Source: Antedon mediterranea
Taxonomy: Eukaryota; Animalia; Echinodermata
Direction of reading: 5' to 3'
Length of the DNA stretch: 64,000 nt
NCBI RefSeq assembly: GCF_964355755.1
Contig: NC_092671.1
Coordinates: 10,974,001 to 11,038,000, forward strand
In this document: piece after piece, positions 26,401 through 39,300 of the stretch
Position numbering within the stretch: the stretch's first letter is position 1
Layout: every line of letters begins with the position of its first letter
Notes under the pieces: model-generated
Database searches by the model: none
What the model saw: only the letters and a program-made list of their open reading frames with translations
What the model was told of the DNA's origin: nothing
Made by a program: the position numbers and the translations under genes

Positions 26401-26818
26401 AGATCTATAGATATTTACCATGATATTGCATACATGACCATATTATTATGACTTGTTATTACAGGATTTTATGAAAAAAGAAATATTGTTGGGAAAAAAT
26501 GGAAAATACGAGTACGAACACATTCTCAGTTGGGACACCTTTTCTACAGTATGCATACACTTAAACACCACTCGTGCCTTTTCACAAGATTGGAGAGCAT
26601 TTGCTGATGAGATGGGAGTAAAAACTGAGACAATTGAAGCTTGGCTTCAAAGTAGAGGTAACCCTACAAACACACTGCTCGAGATTTTCTTTAATCGAAA
26701 TAAAGGTAAACCACGGGAAGATATATTGCTGGAACTCGTCGATACGTTAAAGACATGCAAACTTGACAATGCTGCTGACTTAGTTGAGAAGGATATTCAA
26801 CGGAATTTTAAAAACTAG
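20424..26818 (+). CDS. Paralog B: intact ~1480-aa SAM-like / linker / four helical repeats / death-domain protein
   Basis: Exons 20424-20703, 21153-21503, 21696-22520, 22708-23601, 23893-24729, 24955-25743, 25962-26057, 26322-26338 (17 nt), 26465-26818. Total 4443 nt, open throughout. Introns are phase 1 except the last (phase 0). Confidence 0.88.
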
Positions 26819-27862
26819 AGTGATCTATATTACAGACACATCGCATGGACTAGAAATGTATGCAGAACTTTTCGAGTGATAAATTAAACATACCTATAAT
26901 AGTGTAAAGTGTTGCATTGTGTCAATTCGAATGCACAACGCAAATTAAAACCATCATGAGTGATTAAATCAAACGACAAAAACAATAACTCAAATTAAAA
27001 AATTGTTGAATACTGTTAATAATTCTGTAATGTTTGGTTTATATAGTAACTATAGATACTATATGATCGTCGATAAATTCACAAAACGGATTTTCCTCTT
27101 TTTTTCTAAAATAATAAAAGATTAGTATATAGCTTAATTTTGCTAAAACTAGCTTTCTATAAATCAGCACTTAATATGAGCTTTGTATATATAATGGTGT
27201 ATGGAAAAATACCTGTTTACCTGTACGGTCTATAAGGTATAACTATGTACTATAAAGCGAATATAGGTACTGTATCAGTCAAGGTTAGGGTATAAGTAAG
27301 TTTAATGTATTGCAAATGTCTGATGTTAAAGTCAAAATTCACAATAACTGTAAATGTGTCCTTATTTCCTACCATTGTTGGTAATATAGGCCTAATTTGC
27401 CACAAAAGAAATTGGCCTGATGGTTATAAATGGCAGTACAGTATTATTACCGTATTATCTAATAATTGATAATTTTTTAAAGAGATATTTAATCCATTTT
27501 CATGTACTGTCTATGTGTAGGTCATATAACTTACATCTTTTAATAATTCATTAAATGATCAAACCATGTACTTGGCAGGTACCATGTTACCAATAGGTTC
27601 CTAAGATATAAAATAGACAAGCTACATGCCAACATTTAAAAGTTAGCTATTATTGTACATATAGATGTTAAATTAAAATAGTAATTACTTCATCATCAAA
27701 TATTTGTGTTCTTTTTTTTCCCAATTGTGATTTTAACTTTGCCCTTTCAACTTACTTTGGTTGGTGTTCATATTCTTTGAAATCAGCAATTCAGGCACAT
27801 TAAACTGGAATAGGAATGCTGTATCTGAATTAGGTATACAGAAAAATTAAGCATACAATTGT

Positions 27863-28010
27863 AATCCTACAAAAATAATGCTCGTGAATTTGTTTGAAAG
27901 AAATGAAGATAAACAACGGGAAGATATATTGCATGAACTCGTCAATGCAAACTTGGCCATGCTGCTAACTTAGTTGAGAATGGTATTCATAGGAATTTTA
28001 AAAACTAGAG
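27863..28010 (+). pseudogene. Orphan 3' fragment of the death-domain exon
   Basis: AATCCTACAAAAATAATGCTCGTG...CGGGAAGATATATTGCATGAACTCGTC..GCTGCTAACTTAGTTGAGAA..AATTTTAAAAACTAG matches 26660-26820, with an internal deletion and no splice acceptor. Confidence 0.8.
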
Positions 28011-29859
28011 ATGTTGCAGATATATCGCAATAACATGTATAAATATCATGCTCTAGAAATGTATCAATTAGGAGTTAGTTTCCAGTAAGTAAAGAGTAAA
28101 TCTACTGCAAACAAACATAATTATATAAAACAATTGCATACTGTAAACATTATAGCTCTATATACTTTCCTGTAGTAATCAACCCATTGTTTGCATGCTA
28201 CGAAATACAATGAATATTATTAGGCTTAGCGTTCTTAAATTGCAGTTCAATTCTGCAACATTATGTCAGTAATTATTGTGATCAAGTAAAATGTTGCCTT
28301 TTGTAAAATTAAAGATAAAAAAGTGTATTTTATTAAACTTTAGCATAAATGACATAACCTTTTAAGGCTTGAACAAATTAAACATTTTCATACAGCATGC
28401 ATGAATGATACATGGCCTAAACATTTTGAAAATAAAAGGGTTTACTAACTAATATCACATAATGATTTTTAAAGGAAAGAGAAAATTCGAAAACGGTCAG
28501 GTAGGCCTTATAAAGTATCTTGTTTGTCTTATAAGATATATATTACAATGTTATTACTAAATACTGACATTTCATTACTAGTAAGTATTAGTTAGCTTAT
28601 ACAAGGACATATTATAATACTAAGTATAATTGTCGAATAAAAATACAGAACATATTAAAACTTTTTCCTGTGCATTTTGATTTATTCTGTATATAAAAAT
28701 GCCTGATTTGATTTCTATAAAGTGTTTACACTTATTTATATTCCTATTAGTGTAATCTATGGGCCCATTCGCATTATGTATATTATAGAGATCCCTATAA
28801 TGTCATAATTAATCTCATGAATTAGGTCTATTCATGGTTTCTGCCTTAGAGAAAAATAACCCAGCTTGTTCAGGCTTTAGTTAGTTTGCTTCACGAACCA
28901 AATCACTAACTTTGGTGGGTAGATTACCAATTGCCCGGGTCAATAACCAAGCATGTTTTTTTTTTAATTATTGTAATATATAAATTATATATAAAGTAAA
29001 TAAATACCTTTGAAGATTAGGGGCGAAACTAATAATGATTTAACTACTTCGGACTTACGATTTAGTCGTATAGACTATCTACCTTAGTGCAATAATAGAC
29101 CAAAGTAAATATAGATTTAGATTCAGATTCGATTTATTAAGTCATTCATACATAGTATAATTATAATTGTTGTCTTGGTAGAAAAACACAAGCAAAACAA
29201 TACACACATACATATTTACATACAACTTGGAACTAACAACTATGACGAATTATAGGTTATATGCATTGATTTAAATAAATATAAATGATTTTTAAAGGAA
29301 ATATTGATTGATTGATTCTCTCAGAATCTTTAATTATTTATATTATATCATAGGATCTTGCTAACGCAAATACAATAGCCGGTATCACGATCAAAGATCT
29401 GCATATAATGTCATAAACCACATTTGTTCACATAATAATAAAGACATGTGTTCCCGAGCATTCTGACGATCTCTATTAATTTTAAAATTTAGCATATTTT
29501 CACCATTTTGTTAACTTATACGTGCGTAGCCCACTTTTGACGTGCTCGTATAACGCAATTTCGAGTTGAAAAGTGATGATAATGCATATAACCTAATAAT
29601 AATATGAACAATGAAACTTTGAGTGTGAAAGCACACATGGTTGATTGCATTTTTAACCGTTTTTTGGAATCCAGGGTCCGAATGACGTAAGTCCTTACTA
29701 TAAAACATCATCTGACCTAAAAAATCAATTCATACGGGAAAATGAACCAAAACGTCTAGTGGGTAAGTAAGTTTTTTATAACAAGTGTGAGTTTTATTTG
29801 TATTATATTTGTTTAAAAAGAGGTTGATTCGGTTCAGGCATTATTATTAGTGTTTGTTT

Positions 29860-30168
29860 TGTCTGTTTTATCTTCATACTGGGTGACCTCTTCAGTCAAA
29901 GACTGATCTCCCAGAGGGCCCAGTTGGTGATCAGTGGCTGTGATGTACTAATACACCGGGGTAACCCCTACTCGTCTCGAAAGATGTACTAGGTTCTATA
30001 AAGTGCACACGAGCAAGTTGTGTACACTGGACCTACGGTTTATAGTCCTTATCCGAGAAGACTCGTTCTACCACCAGAACCATGGAGTGAGTGAGCCTCG
30101 AACCCCTGCCGATGTTATGGCTTCGTGGTTACGGTTCCACTGTCTTAACCGCTCGGCCACTCACTCAC
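29860..30168 (-). mobile_element. tRNA-derived SINE with a Deu/Nin-like core
   Basis: - strand: A box TGGCCGAGCGG, B box GGTTCGAGGC, then CTTCTCGGATAAGGACTATAAACCGTAGGTCC and GAGTAGGGGTTACCCCGGTGT, which resemble the Deu domain. Confidence 0.75.
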
Positions 30169-31522
30169 TCTGTGGAGTTTCATTTTAAAAAATCCGATTC
30201 TACGCTGTACATTCGTAGAGTATTGTAGTAGTGAACATACACACTAATATCCTTTAACACAAATCCCAATTGTTTAAAATTTAAACTCCCCAAAAATTCC
30301 AATATACTAATAGGATAATTAATTGGCTTAACCGCCGTCGTAACATTATTAACGAATGCTGTATTTGCTTATACAGTACTATTCTGTGTATCTTTTAATT
30401 GTTTTGGACTCAAACATCAACGAATATTTTAGAGGAAAATTGTGTTGGTCGTCCCCATGATGGGATAGTCTTTTTATACAGACCAATAAAAGGTTTCAGT
30501 TTTATAAAATAATCAAACGGACAACCGTCGAATAAGAATAACTGTAATTAATACCGACAAGAAACCCACGTTAACTATATATTCAGGTGTATCTTCCACA
30601 CATGGTCTGTGATTCGATCCGAACAAGAAAACTTACACATTTGTGGAAAGAATACATTAATCCCAACATCATGTTGGTTCCTCGATGATTGTAACCTTAA
30701 TTTCACCGACTCTGCAATATATTTTGGTATCGTTTTATCCAATGACGTCATGAAATCATCTAAACAGTCTTATTAATATTAACCAGGTGGTAATCCGAAA
30801 TAACTTTAAATGGCAGTAAAATAATTAAGAACACTCTGATAGATAAGATTAAGTACAAGTACAAGTGCAAGTTTATAATTTCTGCCTGTCAATCACTGAT
30901 AAGCAATATCATCATAAAGACGTAAAATGTAATGATTTCAATCACCTGTGAAACCGTTAGGAGTAAATGTTAGGACTGTACTCGAAAGAGATCCTGCACT
31001 TAACAACATCTTTATACAGGATTACACAATGAGGTAAAAGAAAAACCTGTGTTGCATTTTGGTCCTGTCTTGAATACAAACAAAATCAGGGGGGAAAAAG
31101 TTTCTTTTTGTGAAAAGAAATGAGATCTGTATATAGCTTTGAATAACAATAATTATCTGAAACTCTTATTAATTGAGGGTGCTGTAAAGCATTGAATTGT
31201 ATTTTGCATTATTGTTTTGCTTTTGTTTTTTAATTTAATCTATCTGTCCATTTTTGTAGGCTTTTTAAAATAAATTGAAATGAATAACAGAAGTCCGCAC
31301 AAGATTCATTATACACACTAGTACGTCTAATATCGAGGTGGGTATGCAAAAAAATATATTTTGTTACAAAGCATTATTTATTTACCATGCTCTGAGTGTA
31401 TGGCACTTATTCATTACTGTTATTGAAGTGTAATATTGGATTTAATCTAACAATACACAGTTCAATAACAGCAAAGAAAGCAACATGTACCATATCGATT
31501 CAAAATGACGTACTATAAAAAC

Positions 31523-31886
31523 ATCACAGGCCACGATCTATTCAATGAACTCCAAACCAAGGGTTATATTTCGTACGAGCCTAATGATGCATCCTGTATG
31601 TGGAAATGTTAGTAGATATTGCAAAAGTAACAGAAGAGAACCATGCTTTACAGATTATACAAACATTTAAACAAAACCATAATAACAACAACAAAAACTA
31701 CAATTTTACAAAAGGGAAACCAATATCAGAATATCGCTAAATCTCTTCAAAGCTTTACAATCAAATACGACTGATTTATTAGCAAAGATGCCCGGTCACT
31801 ATCGTTTAAATCCTGCTGATTTTAACAGTAAGTGGGATTTGGTATTTACACTGGAAGGAAATAAATATTTAGAGGAAGACAACATA
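31523..31886 (+). pseudogene. Frameshifted partial copy of the tandem-DED exon
   Basis: Near-identical to ~32912-33280, with a 4-bp deletion (TCCTGTATGTGG vs TCCTGTACAGATGTGG) and CGCTAA for CGCAAAA. Bracketed by ACGTACTATAAA[A/G]ACAT at 31508-31524 and 31891-31907. Confidence 0.85.
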
Positions 31887-32782
31887 CATTACGTACTATA
31901 AAGACATATTATGTTGTTTATCAAACTGGTCGGGTATCAATAAATGACAAGGGTTCATTTCTCATTACAAGTAAGGCATAGCTCGTTTGAAACTAGTCTG
32001 AAAATAATATTTAGATGAATTTTTGTCAATTTCGTTACAATTACGTAAATACATTTATGCACGTTCGTGCATGATATCACAGGTTCATTTCGTTAGTTGG
32101 TGTTTGTTTAATTGTTTTGTTTTTTTGCGTGACAAATAATAATAGACAAACACACATAGGAATTAAAACTGAAGTTCAACAAAGTCAAAGATTTCCAACT
32201 TACAAGAATGTTTCCACAAAATACAGAATATTGTCCAAAAGTCCAAAATATCTCAAAATGTTTTACTGTTTTTACATTATAGGTTTTACACAACATATTT
32301 TGAACAATTCGTTGGATTGAGATTGTGACAAGATTCAACAGGCAGGATTCAACTTACCGTGCGCATTGTCTATGAACTTTTAAATTATTAATTCTATACT
32401 AGGTATGTTTTCTGAGTTTTGTGTAAAACTCAATCTGAAATGTAGTCTAAATCTACAAGATGTGATTATGTGTTGCCAACATGAGAATACCACGGGACGC
32501 TTAAAGCTAGACCTAACAATACGTTTAAACATGTGAATGTATCATCATAATTATACGATTAAAAAAAACAACACAATTTGCAATGATATAATAATAATCA
32601 ATGGATGGGATTAAGCTTTTATGGTAACTAAAACAATTGATCAAAATGGTAGGTTAAATGGGGTGTGGTTTGGGCATGTGAATATGGGAGGGGTGTGGGA
32701 GTTGGGGTAATCATTGTTTATATTTTTTATAGGTAACTTATTAAATGCAATGCTGTACAATATTTCCTCACTATTCCAGAAA

Positions 32783-33350
32783 ATGTCATTCGATCTAGAA
32801 TTTCCGGGATTACTTGCAGCGATAAGTGAAATATATACAGGTGAAAAATTGTTTTGGCTACGACTTCTTCTATTCGACCACTGTTCTGGAGCACTGTTAA
32901 GCAGACCAAAGATCACAGGCCACGATCTATTCAATGAACTCCAAACCAAGGGTTATATTTCGTACGAGCCTAATGATGCATCCTGTACAGATGTGGAAAT
33001 GTTAATAGATATTGCAAAAGTAACAGAAGAGAACCATGCTTTACAGATTATACAAACATTTAAACAAAATCATAAGAACCACAACAGAAACTACAATTTT
33101 ACAAAAGGGAAACCAATATCAGAATATCGCAAAAATCTCTTCAAAGCTTTACAATCAAATACGACTGAATTATTAGCAAAGATGCCCGGTCACTATCGTC
33201 TAAATCCTGCTGATTTTAACAGTAAGTGGGATTTGCTATTTAAGCTGGAAGGAAATAAAGATTTAGAGGAAGACAACATAGAGAAGATGGAATATTTTGC
33301 GATGATTCTTGACGAAGATGCAAAACAGATTTTTTTGCAAACCCAAAACG
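32783..33350 (+). other. Tandem death-effector-domain (DED-like) exon
   Basis: FPGLLAAISEIYTGEKLFWLRLLLFD...ITGHDLFNELQTKGYIS and ISEYRKNLFKAL...KWDLLFKLE...LEEDN resemble the paired DEDs of caspase-8/cFLIP prodomains. Confidence 0.65.
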
Positions 33351-36300
33351 GTATGTGAATTGTTATGACATATTGTAAATAAAACAGGAGAAGGACAGTA
33401 AAAAAGACATGATTAAAAGTCAAGATGGTATAATCTTATACCCTTAATATTTCTGATTTTGTGTATCTTAGGCTCCAATATTTCATGAAAACACACTGAT
33501 TTTGTTTTCACATCTAAAGTTCATTACAATTAAACTTGAACTATTGTATATGAAAATAGTGTACACATACTATAGATAATAATTATAACCCTTATGATTT
33601 TGTTGTAAGTAACTTTCTTAACGTTGTATTCATGCATAGCTTTTCATTGAGAAATTAAAACTGTACACATTGTTAGACCTACCGTATTTATTCGAATAAA
33701 CGTCCCTTGAAGTTCGGGGGGGGGGGGGGGGTTTAGGGAAGACGTTTTTTTTATCTATTTTTTTTTATTTCATTTTGTTTTGTGGGTGTAATATCGTAAC
33801 ATGTTGGCCTATAATCAAAAGAATTCTCCCTAAATATGAAAAAAAAATACAACCCAATTAATATCAAGATGTGGTCAAATACAGTAAACGTTGTATCAAC
33901 ATACTTGGTCAAGTGTAGGTCATGGAAGTCAATGAATTACACTACAAATATAAATATGCTATATACAATATTGGGTGTATATGCATATGGCGGTGTGTTT
34001 AATTGATGGAAAAATAAAGGCCTCGGGCGTTTATTTGAAGTGGAATTTATTCCAAACGATTAGGGAGTGCGTTTATTCAAAGCGGGACGTTTATTCAAAT
34101 AAATATGGTAAAATAAATATCGTACTACTTATAGCAACCTATATATTATATAAATTATTATAAACAATTACCCGAAAGATGGAACACTGCTGTAAAGGAA
34201 GAAAATTAAGAATTAATGAGCTCAATACAAAAAGGCATAAATTTAAATATACATATTATACTGCATATAAAACACTATGATAAGAAGAAAAAAGGCAAAA
34301 GGTCCCAGAAGAAACCAATAAAGAAGAGAACCCATGTTGAAACGTTTAATTATTACAAGATATTGTTATATTTCCAATTAAAATGTCGTTCAAATTTCCA
34401 AAAATACTTAATATCATAATTAATTTAATATTTTGTTTATTTTATCATCATAAATTTAGACAACATATACAAATTCCTGTTTTGTTCAATAGTTTCCTTT
34501 TCTAATTTCAGGGCACTCTGATGATAGCAGGCAAGTCTCTGCTGCAAAACAGAAGAGGAAAGGAGGTAAACATTGATGTTAATAAACGTGATATCATGTC
34601 ATACCATTAGGATGTGCTTAAGAATGATAGTTTTTACCATGGAGTAACAAATAATTACGATATTACATATTACAAAAATCATATTGTGTCTATTTACGCA
34701 AAATTGCGCAATGTATACTCAATGAAAAAAACAGAAATAGAAAGAAATTATTTTTTTTAGGATTATTCAAATATAGGTCTATCCCCTCTTTTCCAAGTTA
34801 AAGTATAGTACAAAAATCGTACACATGGAAAACAATTTTTTTTTAAATATGAAGTTTGAAGGATGATATTTTGAAATTTGAAATGTAAGAAAAATATTAA
34901 TTTTCTGAGTGGAGCTCCACTTTAAAATCTGAATATCCTCCATACGAGATATTGAATAGCACGCCCTGTATTCTTTTAACATTAATATCAAGTAGTGAGC
35001 CCTCTCTCTCCGAATATAGTTTTCCCGGAGAGCTTTCATTATTTTGTTACTATACTCCATGCTTATACCATAGAGATATTATAGTGATGATATCTCTATG
35101 CTTATACACTCCTGGTGAGATTTAATATACATTTTGTAAACGTTAATCTTATTTATTGACATTGGATTATGGAAACACACATGTTACCGTTTTGCCTAGT
35201 TATTATTCTAATATTTATTATCAGTTTACTTTCATAATTATATTTACTATAAACACAGTAATTTCAGCGTAAAAAAACTGGCGATTTCAAATGTACGTAC
35301 CGCAGGACGTACATTGTCATTTTACAGAAACGAATAAATAGACACGATGATTTATGTAGTCAACTAAAATTAGCACCCTGGGAATTAGGCCTACTTCCGA
35401 AGGAGAAACTTTAAATATATTCTTTATCCCCTCAGTAACGAAATATTGTTTTAAATGTTTTATAGGCCTATCCATAATATACCACTAAATACAGTAAAAC
35501 ATTTACGATTTAATACTTTTTTAAAACTGTCCCTGTTATAGTCGATTGAAATAGTAAAGTACATGTAACGATACACCACTACGGACGCTTATATTTTTTT
35601 GTAATTATTAATTTATACAAACGTTGAGAAGCAACTGTCAGTAATACAGTTTTTATTTGTATATTATGTGTTTATATATCCAGCCGTAGAGCCTATACCC
35701 ACTGTCACAGTAATACATGTTCTTTGTATAGGCCTATGTGTTTATATATCTAACATAACCACATTCACAGTAAGGAAATTTCGATTCAAATGGCGACCAA
35801 AAATGTCAATATCTCAGTTTTAAGTTTATTCTCCAAGGGCCCATAAATTTACCTACTTGTGTTAAACCAAGGGCTCATAAATTTACCTACAAACTGGAAG
35901 TCTGAGAGATTGGAATGTTCCATTCATCGCAAATCAATACATCAAAATAGTATTTTTTTAAAGAAAATCGGCCTGTCTTCAACATTATGTTACTGTACTC
36001 GAGCTGTTCAACCGGTTTTCAGCTATTATGCGAAGCATCCTCGTATTATTGTGTGCAGGTATTTTTCAAGAGGACATCCATTAGACAGTGTATACCACGA
36101 TCGGAAACACCCCTATTTGGGGCAAATCGTTGAACCTAAATTCGTTTTCAACAACTAATTATCTAACTAAATTTAATTAGTAAACAGGGTTACATCAGGT
36201 GGTCAAAATCAGTACCGAGATTCTTTACCATCGAGTAAACATTCTAGAAATAACGCGCGATTTACCGATTTTTGCCCTTACGTAAATTTATATATAGATA

Positions 36301-39300
36301 ACAACAAAATTGCCAAATATTAAAGTGTTGACATCGAGAGAAACTGAAGATTTTTATCGAAACTCTTCATTCTGTTACGGATTGTTTCATGAATTTTGTT
36401 TTGTTCATACATTTTTGTGGCAGGTTTGAAAAGGGCATGGTACGGATTATTTGAAATATATCATGTTAGAAAAAGAATTATATACGGACTTGATTGAAGT
36501 CATCATGATTATTCAAAAACTGTATTAGGCTAAACTTTAAACAGTGTGTTTTGTATTTTGTATACACACGTAGGTAAATTCAGCTTGTAGGCTAAATTGT
36601 CTTTACTAAATTTAATTTATTATGGCAGCTGCTCCAAAAGGAACTGGAAAAAGGAAGACGGTAAAAGAGTCCGATGAAGAAGTGAACTCAGGTTAAACAT
36701 TTTGAATTAAGTAGTATAAAGTTTCAATTGTTTTTTATGGGAAACTAACGTGTACGTGCACTTTAAAACAGACCAAGCCGAATGTGTGGCAAATGGGTGA
36801 TGTAGAATTGTAGATGACAATAAACTATATGTTTTTTGTCGAGGGCGGCGGTTGATAATTGATGACCACAATGCTGCTGGTCCAGTGCAGACTTTATACA
36901 GTTATTACACATGTGTAAAGCAAAACCCTTCTCACATAATCGCTCTCTTGCGATTCCAGTTCAACGGCATAACCCCTAATCTTCTCGAATGAAATAAATA
37001 ATGTACATAATTATACATTCTGATTTAGATTTACAATAGGTACATGTTTTCCGTATAAGGCGTATAAGACTGCACATTCTTCCCCACCGAAACATTTTGT
37101 TATCATTTACAATAACCACAATTAATTGTAGTTAAACTAATGAAATAACTCGATAATCCAACTTAATCCTTAATCCTACAATATGTGGATATACAAAGTA
37201 TAATATGCCTGCACATTTGCAAATGCTAACATTTTGCAACTATTATAATTTAATAGATACTACTGATAAAGACTATGATGACGGTGCTTGTACTTCAACA
37301 GCTTGCAATCACAATGAATCAGAAAAAGGTGATTTGTGTAACACAATATAATTTGAAGTAATAATGATGATGACAACGGATTATATTCCATGGTCGCCTT
37401 TTAAGTGTGTGCCTTCTGATGAGGCTATTTTATCTTTACATAGCAGTTATATAAGGATATAATTATTGTTGTTCATAATTCAGTATTAATGATAAACATA
37501 GTAATAATTATACTTATATTTCACATGTATTACATAAAAGATATATAAATAAAGTTTAAATCATTTTAATGTGTATTTTGCATATTTCAAATAAAAGTTT
37601 ACCCTAATTAGGATAGTAATATAGTTGTTTTAAATACTTCTGATTAATATCATCTGCTCGTGCCATTATCATAATTATTTATCACTTTTTACCCTTTTTG
37701 TTCACGGATTTATGAGAAGTGTATCTTAAGAAAAGTTGAAAATATTATATGAAAGATCCTACGCACCCGCTACATTACTGTTACCATTTTAATAGATCTG
37801 GCATTAGACTAAGACCCACTAAAATCAATCTATGTAGAACAAGAAGCCCTTTGTTGCAAATAGTATTAATTATGTACAATTCTAAAGTTCTTCGATAAAT
37901 AATTGTTGCAATTTTTTATTTTAGATTTTAATCGTTTTAACAGTATTCTACAGAGCCTATGGCGCTTTTAATAGCTTTTTAATAGCATTTTAACATTTTG
38001 ATAGTATTTTAACATTACCATTTCCAATTTGATGTATTGTTGCTTTGTTTTGTTGTCATGACAGAGCGCGAATTTTTCAATTTGTTATTTATAGCTGCAT
38101 GCGTCTGTATTTAAAATGTTAATATTAATAATCTATTTTATAATATCGGATACAAGCAAAACAAATTTCCATTTTAAAGTGGACATATACAATTTCTTGA
38201 ATCTTCAATATTGAATCTTACCAATATTTATTTTCACAAAAAATGACAAAATATTATTGTTTGCAGCATGTGATGTCTTTATAGTGACTGCGTATCTTAA
38301 ATGGGAGAAAAAAATATACAACAAACTGAATAAAAGAGGTCAGAAAGGCTACATTATAGGAAAAACACACTGTAGGTATGTCATTGCCAGAGAGCATAAT
38401 GAAGAAAAACATATTTCAGTGGACGTATGCACCAGCAAGGGTGCCGGTTTGATACCAGTTCCTATTAATGATGGCGACTCGTTGCCAAAAAAACGGAAAA
38501 GACGAATACTTTATGATAGTGATGACGAGGACCTGTTATGTGAGGATATTTTAACTGAAATACATAAATTGAAAGTAAATCCACAAGGTAATTTAATTTC
38601 ACCTATTATATTTATCCAATTGTAAAGATAAAGCACAGAATAAAAAAAACCTAATACAAGATGAAAAGGACCATCAACAATAAAATATGGGAGCTTAATT
38701 GTACGTGGTTGATGACTTAATTACAACGTAATGAGAATGCAATTGGACTATAGTAAAGACACTTTTAATAACATTATCATGAAATATACATTCAGTCAGT
38801 TAATTAAGACAGAAATAAAATAATTATAGCATCTATGCGAGATGTAAGCCAGCTTGGTTGAAGCATAAAAAAAAAATGATGTCATTATTGTTATATATTG
38901 TGCTCTGGGAATGAATGATAACACTAAGTATTTCACTAAGAAATCAGACCATGCGCTAATGTTCAGCCAGGCTTGTAGAACTCCTTTATTGGTCTCTAAT
39001 TTAGTCCTTAAATTGCTAATATGAATATATTACAATTATCTCATTTGTGATGATGTCATTTGACTATAGAACTGTATTTGAATTATGTTGTTAGCTGTTT
39101 CCAACGTATTATTAGTCTAAAAGACGGAAGGTATAACCACAGGTTGATTTTTTTAAATTTTTTTTTTCATTTTATGAAGCTTTCGGATTGGAAGTTATTG
39201 GTATAGATGTATATAACAGATGCATGCAAAAGCTGTCTGCCATTAAAGAATACTTTACTCATACGTTTGGCATGAATGTACGGTATTGGCGAGGCAGTTC

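Noticed and set aside
29680-29770. Candidate 5' non-coding exon of C (TGACGTAA motif, strong GG|GTAAGT donor at 29763)
   Set aside because: Plausible but cannot be supported without transcript data.
30080-30168. Possible tRNA gene on the - strand
   Set aside because: A and B boxes continue into a SINE body, and I could not build a proper cloverleaf.
34777-36445. Possible DNA transposon in an intron of C, including ORFs 34779-35060 and 35859-36158
   Set aside because: Terminal similarity is weak, there is no TSD and no recognisable protein motif.
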